A stretch of DNA of 62,435 nt, filler included, from Sphingomonadaceae bacterium (GCA_050261575.1; 7 parts of 7 records of this genome joined end to end with filler, not necessarily neighbours in it), one strand, 5' to 3'; positions 1 to 8,760 are shown, counted from the whole stretch's first letter. Translations and numbers: made by a program. Notes: generated by a model not told the origin, from the sequence alone.

Positions 1-741
1 CGGACCATAGGGCGGCCAGGTGGTCGTTGCCTCGTTGGAGGGGATCGCCAGCACGTAGGCCTGCCTTCGGTCCTCCAGAGCCCTGCGGAGCTTCCCATCG
101 CTGCCGTAGACCTCGTCCCCGACGACCCAGGCTGCCATCACTCCAGCATCCAGGGCTCGCTGGACCATCTGGAGAGCCAGCTCGGGCTTGGTACGGTACT
201 CGGTTTCGTTTGGGATCCCTGCCGCCTTGCACCTGTCCGGGGCATCCGCCCACCCCTTGGGCAGGTAGAGGGCGCGATCGATCCCAGCGTGCCCTTTGGA
301 GCTGGCATAGCTGAGAAAGACGCCGACTTGGCAGTTGGCGATCTTGCCGAGGGTCCCACAGTACTGGCGTGCCACCCCAACCGAGTGGTTGCCCTGCTTG
401 GGAAAGCCGCTCTCATCGATGACCAGAACCCCCTCCGGGCCGCCCAACTCGCCGACAACCCACCCTCGCAACTCGTCACGGACAGCATCGGCGTCCCAGG
501 CGTAGCGGTCGAGGGTGCGCTGGATTCCGCGAGGATGGGAGTACCCAAGGTACTCGGCCAACTGCCAGCCGTTCTTGCGCTCGATGTCGGCGAGCAGCCC
601 GCGCAGGTAGTCGGCGGCGTGGCGAGCTGCCTCCCGAGGGCGAACGTGCCGGCCGAGCCGCCTCAGCGCTTCGTCCACTGTAAGCGCGGCTTCCTCGGCC
701 ACCTTGACATCACTCTCACAATTGCATCTCGGGGTTATCAT
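1..741 (-). CDS. IS701-family DDE transposase, runs off the left edge of the window
   Basis: Manual minus-strand translation from ATG 741 (SD AGGAGG) is open to position 1 and contains RKNGWQLAE, LVIDESGFPKQGNHSVGVARQYCGTLGKIANCQVGVFL and WVVGDEVYG. It is absent from the ORF track because it has no stop in the window. Confidence 0.9.
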   Translation of the reverse strand, partial: MITPRCNCESDVKVAEEAALTVDEALRRLGRHVRPREAARHAADYLRGLLADIERKNGWQLAEYLGYSHPRGIQRTLDRYAWDADAVRDELRGWVVGELGGPEGVLVIDESGFPKQGNHSVGVARQYCGTLGKIANCQVGVFLSYASSKGHAGIDRALYLPKGWADAPDRCKAAGIPNETEYRTKPELALQMVQRALDAGVMAAWVVGDEVYGSDGKLRRALEDRRQAYVLAIPSNEATTTWPPYGP

Positions 742-805
742 GGCAGTGAGCCTCCTGACTACCCTGAGTAGCAAGATCCGTGTCAAAAGGGAACTGTAAT
801 ACTAG
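1..805 (-). mobile_element. IS701-family insertion sequence, one end visible
   Basis: Transposase plus terminus ...ACTGTAATACTAG ending in CTAG (802-805). Confidence 0.75.
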
Positions 806-887
806 CTCCGCGATGACCAGCCGCTACTTGGGGAACGCCAGAAAGGTCCAGGCAGCCAAAGAGATGCCCCGCTTCTCCCCGTTTTAG
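804..887 (+). pseudogene. C-terminal remnant of a tyrosine recombinase interrupted by the IS701
   Basis: Reads SSAMTSRYLGNARKVQAAKEMPRFSPF*, resembling the MTxxY catalytic-Tyr tail of XerC/D-like integrases. It begins exactly at the IS CTAG. Confidence 0.6.
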
Positions 888-998
888 TCCCCTGCTTCAA
901 GAATCCGAAGTCCCCTGCTTAGGCTAAGTCGAGGGCGCCGGTGGAGTGATAATGGGGATAATCAGAATGGGGTGACAGTAGAAGAGGGCACAAAAAAG

Positions 999-1103
999 TG
1001 GCGGGGGTCAGATTTGAACTGACGACCAAGGGCTTGTGAGTATCGTGTACGTCTTGCTTCGCAATACGCACACTCCCCTGCTCTGCCGCTGAGCTACCCC
1101 GAA
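999..1103 (-). pseudogene. tRNA-Met-like copy at the att site: 33-nt insertion, CAC anticodon, first two acceptor pairs broken
   Basis: Aligns with both halves of the tRNA at 6262-6333. Insertion at 1041-1073. Confidence 0.85.
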
Positions 1104-1196
1104 CCCCAATATGTTGTGCTTGTGGGCATTCACATACACAACATACTGGTATGACAGCAAAGGGCAGGCTGCGCTGGAGTGACGGCAGGAAGGCTG

Positions 1197-1216
1197 TACA
1201 GCATCAATACAGCATC
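1197..1216 (+). repeat. Putative integrase arm-type sites, 2 x TACAGCATC
   Basis: Copies at 1197 and 1208 (11-bp period). The same 9-mer occurs three times at 6150-6180. Confidence 0.8.
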
Positions 1217-1239
1217 GACCAGGGCTGTGGGAGGAAGAG

Positions 1240-2364
1240 ATGTCCCGACGCAGCCCAGGCGAAGGTTCCATCACCCAGCGAAACAACGGTCTCTGGCAGG
1301 GCGCCCTACAGATCAACGGCAGGAGAAAGACGGTCTACGGCAAGACCAGGAGCGAAGTAGCTGAGAAGCTACGCTCGCTCACTGCTCAGGTTGCCACCTC
1401 CGGCAGGCTTCCAGACTCAGGGAAGCTCACTCTCTCCAGCTACTTCAGCGAATGGCTGAGCCAAGCCGAGGCCAGGCTACGGCCTGGCACCGTGTACAGT
1501 TATCGCGCCCTGGTGCGCTGCCACGTTCTACCGCAGCTTGGCAGCGTGAAGCTCTCCCGCCTCCAGGCTCTACACCTCACTAGGCTCTATGCTGATCTGC
1601 GACAGAAGGGGCTGAGCCCCCGCAGGGTGCAGATGGTGCACCGGCTGCTGCATAAAGCCCTTGGTGACGCCGCAAGGTGGGGGCTGCTTGCTACCAACGT
1701 GGCCGGTCTGGTGGACGGCCCCACGTGTCCCACTGAAGAGCCCGAGTTGTGGTGCCCCGAGAAGGTATCTGGCTTCGTGTCGGCACTGGAAGAGGGGAGC
1801 GGCGGGCAGTATGGTATGCTGTTCGGCTTCCTGCTGGCTTCTGGCTGCCGCGAGGGGGAAGCCTTGGGGCTACGGTGGAGCGATGTGGATTGGGAAAAGT
1901 CCGCTGTGCGAGTGGAGCGGCAGGTAACATGGGTGGACAACCAACCGGTGGAACTGCTGCCGAAGACCAGGAGCGGTGTCCGCGCTGTTTCCATCCCTTC
2001 GTGGGGCATTGGGCTGCTGCGCAAGCAGAAAGCCCAAGTGGCAGAATGGAGGTTGCGGGCTGGGGAAGGCTGGCAGGGTGGGGAGCGCGTGTTCACCACA
2101 GCCAACTGTCGTGTGCCCAGCCCCTCAAACTTGCGCAGGGCTTTCCTGGGGCTCTGCCAACGGCTGGAATTGCCAGCGGTCAGGCTGCACGATCTGCGGC
2201 ACCTTCACCTCTCCCTGCTCGCCATGAACGGAGTGCCCGTGAAAGTCGCTCAGGCGAGGGCGGGGCATTCCAGCCCCATACTTACGCTGCGAGTCTATCA
2301 GCACGTTCTCGGTGAGCCCGATAGGGAAGCGGCAGCCGCCATAGAGCGGCTGGCACTGCGGTAG
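1240..2364 (+). CDS. Tyrosine integrase (phage/ICE type)
   Basis: N-terminal RRxxGEGSI arm-binding motif. Catalytic residues in GCREGEALGLRW, PKT, HDLRH, AGHS and VYQH. Confidence 0.97.
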   Translation: MSRRSPGEGSITQRNNGLWQGALQINGRRKTVYGKTRSEVAEKLRSLTAQVATSGRLPDSGKLTLSSYFSEWLSQAEARLRPGTVYSYRALVRCHVLPQLGSVKLSRLQALHLTRLYADLRQKGLSPRRVQMVHRLLHKALGDAARWGLLATNVAGLVDGPTCPTEEPELWCPEKVSGFVSALEEGSGGQYGMLFGFLLASGCREGEALGLRWSDVDWEKSAVRVERQVTWVDNQPVELLPKTRSGVRAVSIPSWGIGLLRKQKAQVAEWRLRAGEGWQGGERVFTTANCRVPSPSNLRRAFLGLCQRLELPAVRLHDLRHLHLSLLAMNGVPVKVAQARAGHSSPILTLRVYQHVLGEPDREAAAAIERLALR

Positions 2365-2686
2365 AAAATAACTTACACTTTCGCAGAGAGGAGAAGAAAG
2401 GGCAATGACAGTCACAGCGGCCAACGAGTGCTTCATTGAGGCGACATTCAACAATGGCGTGGTTTTGATCTGCGACAACCGGGGCTTCAACTCTTCTGGC
2501 AGGACGCCGTAGGCGACCTCGCACCTTTGCATCTCGGCTTGATGTGGGCTGATCTGGCGGAGATGCAGCAGCTTGTTGCCCCCCCGTCTGCGGGCTCTCG
2601 GCTAGCATCGTAGGGTAACAGCCTGTTGATACCCTGCCCTGTGCGGGTGACAGAAGCTCGCACGGGCAGGGTACCGGCTGTGCGGT

Positions 2687-3505
2687 TTACTCTTCGCTGT
2701 ATGGTCCGCCAATGAAGCACGAGTCTTCTACAATGCCATCCAGAACGTCCAGCAGGAACGTTAGACCGGCAGCCTTGGCTTCCGCTACTCGCCGCTCTCG
2801 CTCAACTCGCTCCCTCTCTTCGGCCTGTTTCACACATTCCGGCTCCATGTCCTTCCGGCATTCTGGGCACAGTGAAGCGAACCAGGGCATGTGCCAGATA
2901 TTCCCCTTCTTGTCCATCATCTCCTTCCCGCGCCTAAAGATTCTCCGCGTTTTGCACTTGGTGCATAGCGAGCCTTCGCACAGGCACAGTACGCGGGTGA
3001 TGCTCTTTGACTCGGGGTAGTAGACTTCCCCCCTGAACTCTCCGCACATCTCGCAGACCTTCACCTTAGCGATAGCGCGATGCTCGCCATGCTGAGCCAC
3101 CCTGATCTCCACCTTTCCAGCGTCCACCTCGGTACCCTCCTGCTGGTTGCTGTTGCGGCGCAGCGTCAGTGACGGAAAGCTTAGCCTACGGCTATCAACT
3201 CGGGCTGAGAGTCTGTAAGGTCTTCTGAATACCGCCTCTTTTGGTAGGGCGGCCTGATCGCCGCTGTTGTACACATGTACGGGGTGCCTAAATCGTGTCT
3301 TGCTCCCCGCTTGTGCGAGAGCCCGCGCCCACGGCGCATGGGCCTGGATGTATGCCTTCTCCACATTGTCGGTATCGCCCGCCCAACCTCGGATCAACAG
3401 CTTCCTCCGGTAGAGCGCGAGCAAGTACGGGTCTGTTGCATACCGTTCGGCAAGCGCCTGACAAGGCGGGCAATTGCAGAACGGTTCGCTGGGGGAGGAT
3501 GCCAC
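2687..3505 (-). CDS. Hypothetical Cys-rich (multi-CxxC, probable Zn-binding) protein
   Basis: 272-aa ORF, SD AAAGGAG before GTG. Motifs CNCPPC, CEMC, CLC, CTKC, CPEC. A possible internal start near 3127 also has an SD. Confidence 0.6.
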   Translation of the reverse strand: MASSPSEPFCNCPPCQALAERYATDPYLLALYRRKLLIRGWAGDTDNVEKAYIQAHAPWARALAQAGSKTRFRHPVHVYNSGDQAALPKEAVFRRPYRLSARVDSRRLSFPSLTLRRNSNQQEGTEVDAGKVEIRVAQHGEHRAIAKVKVCEMCGEFRGEVYYPESKSITRVLCLCEGSLCTKCKTRRIFRRGKEMMDKKGNIWHMPWFASLCPECRKDMEPECVKQAEERERVERERRVAEAKAAGLTFLLDVLDGIVEDSCFIGGPYSEE

Positions 3506-3544
3506 GCTTCGACTCCTTTCTGAGCCATCAAGCGCGGCACAGCA

Positions 3545-3570
3545 GAAAACCTCCGCGCAAGTCGGAGGTT
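3545..3570 (-). terminator. Intrinsic terminator, expression platform of the riboswitch
   Basis: AACCTCCG-ACTTGCG-CGGAGGTT followed by TTCT, directly after the aptamer. Confidence 0.7.
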
Positions 3571-3670
3571 GCGCGACCTTGGTTCCCTTTCGGGCCTATC
3601 TCCCTTTCGGGACAGACACCTTGCCGTCGCAGGCAGGTTGTCGGGCGCCAGGAGCGCCGCTCTTGATAGC
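3571..3670 (-). ncRNA. SAM-I/IV riboswitch aptamer
   Basis: P1 CUAUC/GAUAG; J1/2 AAGAG; short P2 GGCGC/GCGCC; P3 GACAACCUGCC...GGCAAGGUGUC; P4 UCCC-GAAA-GGGA; P5 CCC-GAAA-GGG; PK2 between L3 UGCGAC and the 3' tail GUCGCG. Confidence 0.88.
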
Positions 3671-3741
3671 TGGTATCAGTTTGTAGGGGAAGAATACCGG
3701 CTTCCTAGTTGTGCGTCAAGCCGCCGAAAGGCGGGCCTTTG

Positions 3742-3918
3742 TTATTCGCTTTGGTCGGGGTGTCTCGCGCCCCAGATGCCGAGGGCGATGAAGGCACCGA
3801 TCACCCCAAGGCTGATCCAGTTGGGCTTGCCCTGGAAGACCTCCATGACGGTCCAAATCAGCCAAACGATGACGATGCGGCTCACCCATGGCCTTACGAT
3901 ATACCACAGAACTCTCAT
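3742..3918 (-). CDS. Small two-TM membrane protein (58 aa)
   Basis: MRVLWYIVRPW... with two hydrophobic stretches. ATGA overlap with the upstream ORF. Confidence 0.6.
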   Translation of the reverse strand: MRVLWYIVRPWVSRIVIVWLIWTVMEVFQGKPNWISLGVIGAFIALGIWGARHPDQSE

Positions 3919-4151
3919 TGCGACCTCCGGTTCTTGAGCCACCACTTCAGGTACTCGTCCTGCACTTCCGACTCCGGCTCTTTCTTGTGCAGGCACGCGG
4001 CAAGGAGCAGCCAGGCCGCAGGGACCAGTATCCAGGGTTGAGTAAGAAGCTCTCCGAAGCGGCCCCAGTCTCCTCCCAGGAAGTAGACGAAGGCCAGACC
4101 GACGAGCCACCCGATACACAGCCGAGTAATGACTTGGCCCAAGTCGTTCAT
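3915..4151 (-). CDS. Small two-TM membrane protein (78 aa)
   Basis: Strong SD AAAGGAGGT before ATG 4151. Two hydrophobic segments and a charged tail. Confidence 0.7.
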   Translation of the reverse strand: MNDLGQVITRLCIGWLVGLAFVYFLGGDWGRFGELLTQPWILVPAAWLLLAACLHKKEPESEVQDEYLKWWLKNRRSQ

Positions 4152-4514
4152 GAACTTACCTCCTTTCGACCTAATTATGTCTCCCTCTGTCAAGCGGTCG
4201 TGGCGCGTATGAGCCAGAAGATGCGCAGGCCACCAGGAACCGCTGCACGACAACCATACTTGGGTAGATCTGTTCCTCAACTGGCAGTGGTGCGCACCAT
4301 GCACCCTTCTCCCTCCTGTCTCAGAAGGCGCCTGCTGTGTCTTCGTCGAGCAGCAAAGCGGCGTGAGAAGCTCTTAGCCACGGGCTCTACTGGGTATTCC
4401 GTACCCTTTTCCATCCGTTTTCCAACAGAAATGGGGAGGATTTGAGACCTGGCTTCCCCTCGGCTGCTGGAACCGGTAAACTAAGATGCTGATGAACCTG
4501 GTGGAGGTGATGCG

Positions 4515-5081
4515 ATGCCACGATACCTGGCGATGCTGGCGCTGGCAGCGGCCACGTTCGCGGTGGGCATTGTGGTGGGGCAGGGCGGCCTGCCCGCCAA
4601 AGCCCAAGCTCCCTCTGTGGAGGAAAAGGCGGCGGCGATCAAGGCTCATCTGTTGGAGAAGATCACGGCGGTAAACGCGGAGGTGCCGCCCGAAAGGTGG
4701 AGACACATCAACGGCACCCACACGACCTATGAGCAGTATAGGGCGGAATACCTCTACAGACTCGCCTATGCTGCCAAGGATGACGCTGTATTGGGCCACT
4801 ACCTCCGGTACATGGCCCCAGCACTGCGGTACTTCTTCATCAGCGAGGACACGCTGCTGGGAGAGCGATTCGTGGATTACTTCGCTCAGCAGATGGCTGC
4901 CACCGGCGTGCCTCCGGTGGTGCCCAACTTCACTGACGAGGATTTCAAGAGGCTGGCGCCATCGGCTATGACGTTTGAGGATTTCAAGAGCTTACTACCG
5001 TGGCCGGGGACGATGTTCTACCCCAAGGTGAGCAACTGGCCGTACAGTGCTGGAGGGGCAGCCGTCTTCGGTGAGTGGTAG
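4515..5081 (+). CDS. Hypothetical exported protein
   Basis: SD GGAGGTGA and signal-peptide-like N-terminus, 188 aa. Confidence 0.75.
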   Translation: MPRYLAMLALAAATFAVGIVVGQGGLPAKAQAPSVEEKAAAIKAHLLEKITAVNAEVPPERWRHINGTHTTYEQYRAEYLYRLAYAAKDDAVLGHYLRYMAPALRYFFISEDTLLGERFVDYFAQQMAATGVPPVVPNFTDEDFKRLAPSAMTFEDFKSLLPWPGTMFYPKVSNWPYSAGGAAVFGEW

Positions 5082-5262
5082 GGCAATCTGTGGGCTTCTT
5101 AACTCCATGAGGGTAGGTACGTTCATGTTCGGCAAAGGCGAGAAAGGGAGGCCAGGGGGAGTGGTGGGCGCAAGCGCGGTCAGCCAGAGCGGAGGGCGCA
5201 AGCGCAGGTGCGGGGCCAGGCAAGCCCTGGCCCCGCTCGCCCCACACACTCCCCCACACGTG

Positions 5263-5436
5263 CTACTTCTCAAGTCTGATGTGAACTATCGAGCCCTCCA
5301 ACCGGCCTTCCGGCATCTCCTTGAGCAGCCTCCGGCCCCGCTCCAGGTACTCCGGCGGCAGCTCCTTCTGGCCCGACCAGATCTCGCGCGCTTCCTTCAG
5401 GAACGCCTCCCAGTCTTGACGCTCGGTATCATCCAT
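5263..5436 (-). CDS. Small hypothetical protein (MDDTERQDW...)
   Basis: SD GAGAGG before ATG. Charged, helical-looking 57 aa. Confidence 0.45.
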   Translation of the reverse strand: MDDTERQDWEAFLKEAREIWSGQKELPPEYLERGRRLLKEMPEGRLEGSIVHIRLEK

Positions 5437-5527
5437 TGCGCAACCTCTCCGGCATGGTCGGCGGGCGCGCCCACCCGCGCTGCCCCGCCCGTGCATGTGT
5501 CTGTGTATATGCCTTCCGTAACAGCGA

Positions 5528-5672
5528 AGCTCCCTGCTGGGAGCTGAGCTGTACATGTATCTATATCAGCCCTATCCCTATAGGGATAGGGCTGTAATGT
5601 ATATACAGTATTACCCAGTACCCTATGGGTACTGGGTATATAGTACCTGTACTGGATATATATACTATATAG
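5528..5672. repeat. AT-rich cluster of palindromes
   Basis: Perfect 28-bp palindrome 5567-5594, 12-bp stem 5612-5638, 7-bp stem 5528-5545, and TGTATATACA 5598-5607. Confidence 0.85.
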
Positions 5673-5937
5673 GGCTCTCCACAGCCCCCGCCTTGGTCGG
5701 GCGGCCTGGGCGGGGCTGATCGTACAGCCCAGCCATTCCCTCTGCCTCAAACCTCCGCAGCCAGAACCGGACGGTTACGGGAGTTGTGTCGAAGATGGCC
5801 GCAATCTCCGGCACAGTCTTTCGCTGGGCAGAGAGCAGGATCATGTGCGCCCGCTGGCTCACCCTGCCCACCTCCCGCCGCATTACTCGTCTCAATTCGC
5901 GCTGTTCCTCAGCTGTCAGCTCCCGCACGTAGATCAT
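5665..5937 (-). CDS. IS630-type helix-turn-helix protein (transposase N-terminal part only)
   Basis: RAHMILLSAQ..VPEIA..TVRFWLRRFEAEGMAGLYDQPRPGRP, with no DDE domain following. Confidence 0.75.
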   Translation of the reverse strand: MIYVRELTAEEQRELRRVMRREVGRVSQRAHMILLSAQRKTVPEIAAIFDTTPVTVRFWLRRFEAEGMAGLYDQPRPGRPTKAGAVESPI

Positions 5938-6149
5938 GGCAAAAGTGTAAGTTATTTTTCAAGCTTGGGGCTTGAAGGTGGTGTGGGCTTCTGATACCAT
6001 CTGGGTAGATCATTACCAAGTCAAGAGCCCTGGCGATGCTGTGACACTCCAGGGGCACGTCTACCAGGCTAGGGGCTGGCGACAGGCTGAGTGTAACACG
6101 GAAAAGCCCACCAGACTACTACCTGGTGGGCTCGTTTGCCTCTGGGCTG

Positions 6150-6180
6150 TACAGCATCCGTACAGCATCACTACAGCATC
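6150..6180 (+). repeat. Putative integrase arm-type sites, 3 x TACAGCATC
   Basis: Copies at 6150, 6161 and 6172. Confidence 0.8.
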
Positions 6181-6261
6181 AGGGAAGCTCGGTAGAGCGC
6201 GCTGGAGAGGCCCGATAGGGCCAACAGCGCTACTGCGAGCCCGAAAAATGCCACAAAATAG

Positions 6262-6333
6262 TGGCGGGGGTCAGATTTGAACTGACGACCAAGGGCTTAT
6301 GAGTCCCCTGCTCTACCGCTGAGCTACCCCGCC
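6262..6333 (-). tRNA. tRNA-CAT, probably elongator Met (CCA not encoded)
   Basis: GGCGGGG/CCCCGCC acceptor stem, CTCATAA loop, TTCAAAT T-loop. Extended -10 TGGTATAAT upstream. Confidence 0.93.
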
Positions 6334-6484
6334 ACGGACGGGACATATTATACCAAGGCTGGGCGGGCCGCGCAAGGAGATGAGCAGCGCGGCCCGCCCA
6401 GCCTCGCCAGAGTCAGTCTGAGGTACGCCTCCGCATCGCTCCCACCGATCTACGGCGGAATGCGAGCGCACCGCTACGCGGGCC

Positions 6485-8365
6485 CTACCTCATGAGGGTC
6501 GCGTTGGGGACGTCGCTCCCCGTGAGATCCTTGTAGGAGAGCTGCAGCAGGGCCACGCTGCGCTTGAAGTTGTGCACAGCGGCGGCCTTGCCGTCGCTGC
6601 CCTCCAGGCCGCGGACGAACAGGTAGTTGTAGATCGCGTTCTTCTGCTTGTCGTTGGCCTTGGCCACGTCGGCCCGGTCGAAGTAGGGGTGACCCTGCAC
6701 TGGCTTCACACCGGAGTCGGCGATCGCCTTCTGCAGCGTGATCAGCAGGCCCTTCACCTCGGCCTGGACGCTCTCGACCTTGCCGTTGCCGTCGTAGTCG
6801 AACCTCGACTGCAGCGCGAAGTCCTTCACTCCAGCGTGGCAGGGCTGGCAAGAGGCGGTGTACTGGAACTTGCCGTCCGGGCTCACGGTGTTGAAGCTGT
6901 GGGACCCGACCTTCAGCTTGTTGGGATCCTTGGCGTCCAGGGTGTCCGGCCACATGTGGCAGACCACGCAGGGGCCGGGCGCCGCGCCGCCGAAGAGAAC
7001 CGGGGTCTCACCGCCCTCGGGGTTGGCCACCGGTATCGTGCCGATGATCATCCCGTGGGGCGAGTTGGGCACCGGCTGGCCGTAGGTCACGCCGCCCGTG
7101 TCGGCCAGCATCTCCCCGGCCGCGCTGTAGTGCGGGAAGGAGCCCTTAACGGCGTCCTCGGCCTTGGTGCGGGCGTTGTGGCACTCGACGCAGGTTGCGG
7201 AGAGGCCGAAGTCCTTGCTCAGCCCCGCTGCCTCGACGGGCTTCCCGACGATACGGAGCTGGAACTTGTTGGCATCGCTGTGGGGATCGTGGCAGACGGA
7301 GCAGCCCACGGTGTGGGCCTCGTTGTTCCAGGCCGCCGCGTTGGTGGGGTTCTGGATGAAGGAAACGTAGCCCGCGCCGGAGTGGCACCGGACGCAATCC
7401 TGCCGGCTGGGCCCCACAGGGTAGGTCCAGGACTGCGACTCGGCGTCGGTGTGCTTGGCGGACTTGATCTCCGTGCCCTTGGTGTGGTGTCCGCCCGCGT
7501 CGTGGCACTGGCCGCACACGCCGTCGTCGAGGCTTGCCGCCATGGGCGCCCCCTTCAGGACGTGGTCCTTGGCGGGCCCGTGGCACGCCTCGCACTGGAT
7601 GTTGGCCATCTGCTGCAGGTCGACCGGCACCTTGTCCCACAGCCCGCCCTTCTGAATCTCCTTCAGGTCCGGGAACTTCCAGCCGGTCTTGGCCTGCAGG
7701 TCGCCGAATCCGCCGTTCTCGGCGCCGGGGTAGTAGCCGGTGACGTGGCAGCGGATGCACCGCTCGCCGTAGTGGCTGATGGAGGGGTTCTCGCCGCCGT
7801 TGATCTCAGCGAAGAAGATGTCGGAGTGGCCGGTCTTGGACCACTCGTGGGTGATGGTGGGATGGCACTTGAAGCAGTTCCCGGCGCCGGCGCCGATGTA
7901 CTCGCCCGCGTGGATCTGCACTGAGGCCATCGGGCTGCTGCCCGCGTCGTTGGCCAGGACGAGGTCCAGCTTGTAGGTGCCGGAGACGTCTGGGGTGAAC
8001 TTGACCACCTCGGCATCCTTGGCACTCAGAGCGGCTTTGGACGCCTTGGGGGTCGATAGGGTCCAGGTGTACTTGGTCACCGCAGCCTTGTTGGTTGCCA
8101 CGGCCCGCAGGGTGACGGGTACGGCGACGGGGACGTTGTTCAACCCGGTGGTCATCCCCTGGACCTTGGTCTCACCGTCGGCCAGGGTCCACTCCAGGAC
8201 GTTGGGATCGGTGGCCTTCGCCGTCACCGCGGCGATCTCGACGGCCGCTACCGGCTTTACCGGCTGGGGTTGCGCCTGCTGGGCCAGCACCGTTCCCGCA
8301 GAAAGGGCAAGACCCAGCAGCGTCAAGCCGGCGATGGCCAGGAGCCCTCTCGGCTTCGCTGCCAT
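6485..8365 (-). CDS. Exported nonaheme cytochrome c, paralog 1
   Basis: 9 CxxCH motifs, signal peptide, Ig/PKD-like N-terminal region. SD GGAGG places the start at 8365. Confidence 0.92.
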   Translation of the reverse strand: MAAKPRGLLAIAGLTLLGLALSAGTVLAQQAQPQPVKPVAAVEIAAVTAKATDPNVLEWTLADGETKVQGMTTGLNNVPVAVPVTLRAVATNKAAVTKYTWTLSTPKASKAALSAKDAEVVKFTPDVSGTYKLDLVLANDAGSSPMASVQIHAGEYIGAGAGNCFKCHPTITHEWSKTGHSDIFFAEINGGENPSISHYGERCIRCHVTGYYPGAENGGFGDLQAKTGWKFPDLKEIQKGGLWDKVPVDLQQMANIQCEACHGPAKDHVLKGAPMAASLDDGVCGQCHDAGGHHTKGTEIKSAKHTDAESQSWTYPVGPSRQDCVRCHSGAGYVSFIQNPTNAAAWNNEAHTVGCSVCHDPHSDANKFQLRIVGKPVEAAGLSKDFGLSATCVECHNARTKAEDAVKGSFPHYSAAGEMLADTGGVTYGQPVPNSPHGMIIGTIPVANPEGGETPVLFGGAAPGPCVVCHMWPDTLDAKDPNKLKVGSHSFNTVSPDGKFQYTASCQPCHAGVKDFALQSRFDYDGNGKVESVQAEVKGLLITLQKAIADSGVKPVQGHPYFDRADVAKANDKQKNAIYNYLFVRGLEGSDGKAAAVHNFKRSVALLQLSYKDLTGSDVPNATLMR

Positions 8366-8644
8366 GTATGGTTCCTCCCTCTCAGTTCTCCAGATGGGTG
8401 CAGGGTCGCCCTTCTGGGGTGCCGATCCCCGGCCCGGCAATGGGCGTCCCTCCTCGACGCCCATCGGGGTGTGCAGATTCAGGCGGCGGCTACGCGCTCG
8501 TGGCGGCGCTCCTCCTTTCCAAGAGGATCAGGGCTCGTCGCGTGAAGCTGTCTTCGGATCCGGGCGATAACGTCGCTGTTCTGTCTGTCGAAGGGTTCAG
8601 GGGTGCTCGTTCGCTGGGGGAGAGGACGGTGCCGACCGAATGTC

Positions 8645-8702
8645 CTCTCATCTGATTCTAATGAACCAGCAGCATGTTAGCGTGGCCAATCCCTCGAGTC
8701 AA
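8645..8702 (-). promoter_or_regulatory. Sigma70 promoter plus 18-bp operator for cytochrome 1
   Basis: TTGACT-17 nt-TAACAT, with ATTAGAATCAGATGAGAG just downstream. Confidence 0.7.
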
Positions 8703-8732
8703 GAGGTTGATCCTGCCGCGCGACGGACGAGA

Positions 8733-8760
8733 GTAGGGGCGACCCGCGGGTCGCCCCTAC
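8733..8760. repeat. GTAG-type REP-like palindrome
   Basis: GTAGGGGCGACCCGCGGGTCGCCCCTAC. Related copies near 12003, 16750-16806 and 38550. Confidence 0.7.

Larger units (their letters stand above)
997..6333. mobile_element. Integrative element (~5.3 kb) inserted in tRNA-Met(CAT)
   Basis: Identical direct repeat AGTGGCGGGGGTCAGATTTGAACTGACGACCAAGGGCTT at 997-1035 and 6260-6298, adjacent integrase, and TACAGCATC arm-type repeats near both ends. Confidence 0.92.

Noticed and set aside
289..771. 160-aa plus-strand ORF
   Set aside because: Antisense shadow of the IS701 transposase.
1036..1078. Archaeal-type bulge-helix-bulge tRNA intron
   Set aside because: A 4-bp GAGT/ACTC helix exists, but both bulges fall on the same strand and are not 3 nt long.
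8370..8640. Known riboswitch (c-di-GMP, c-di-AMP, Moco) in the cytochrome leaders
   Set aside because: Consensus cores could not be matched by eye. Kept only as an unassigned conserved leader.
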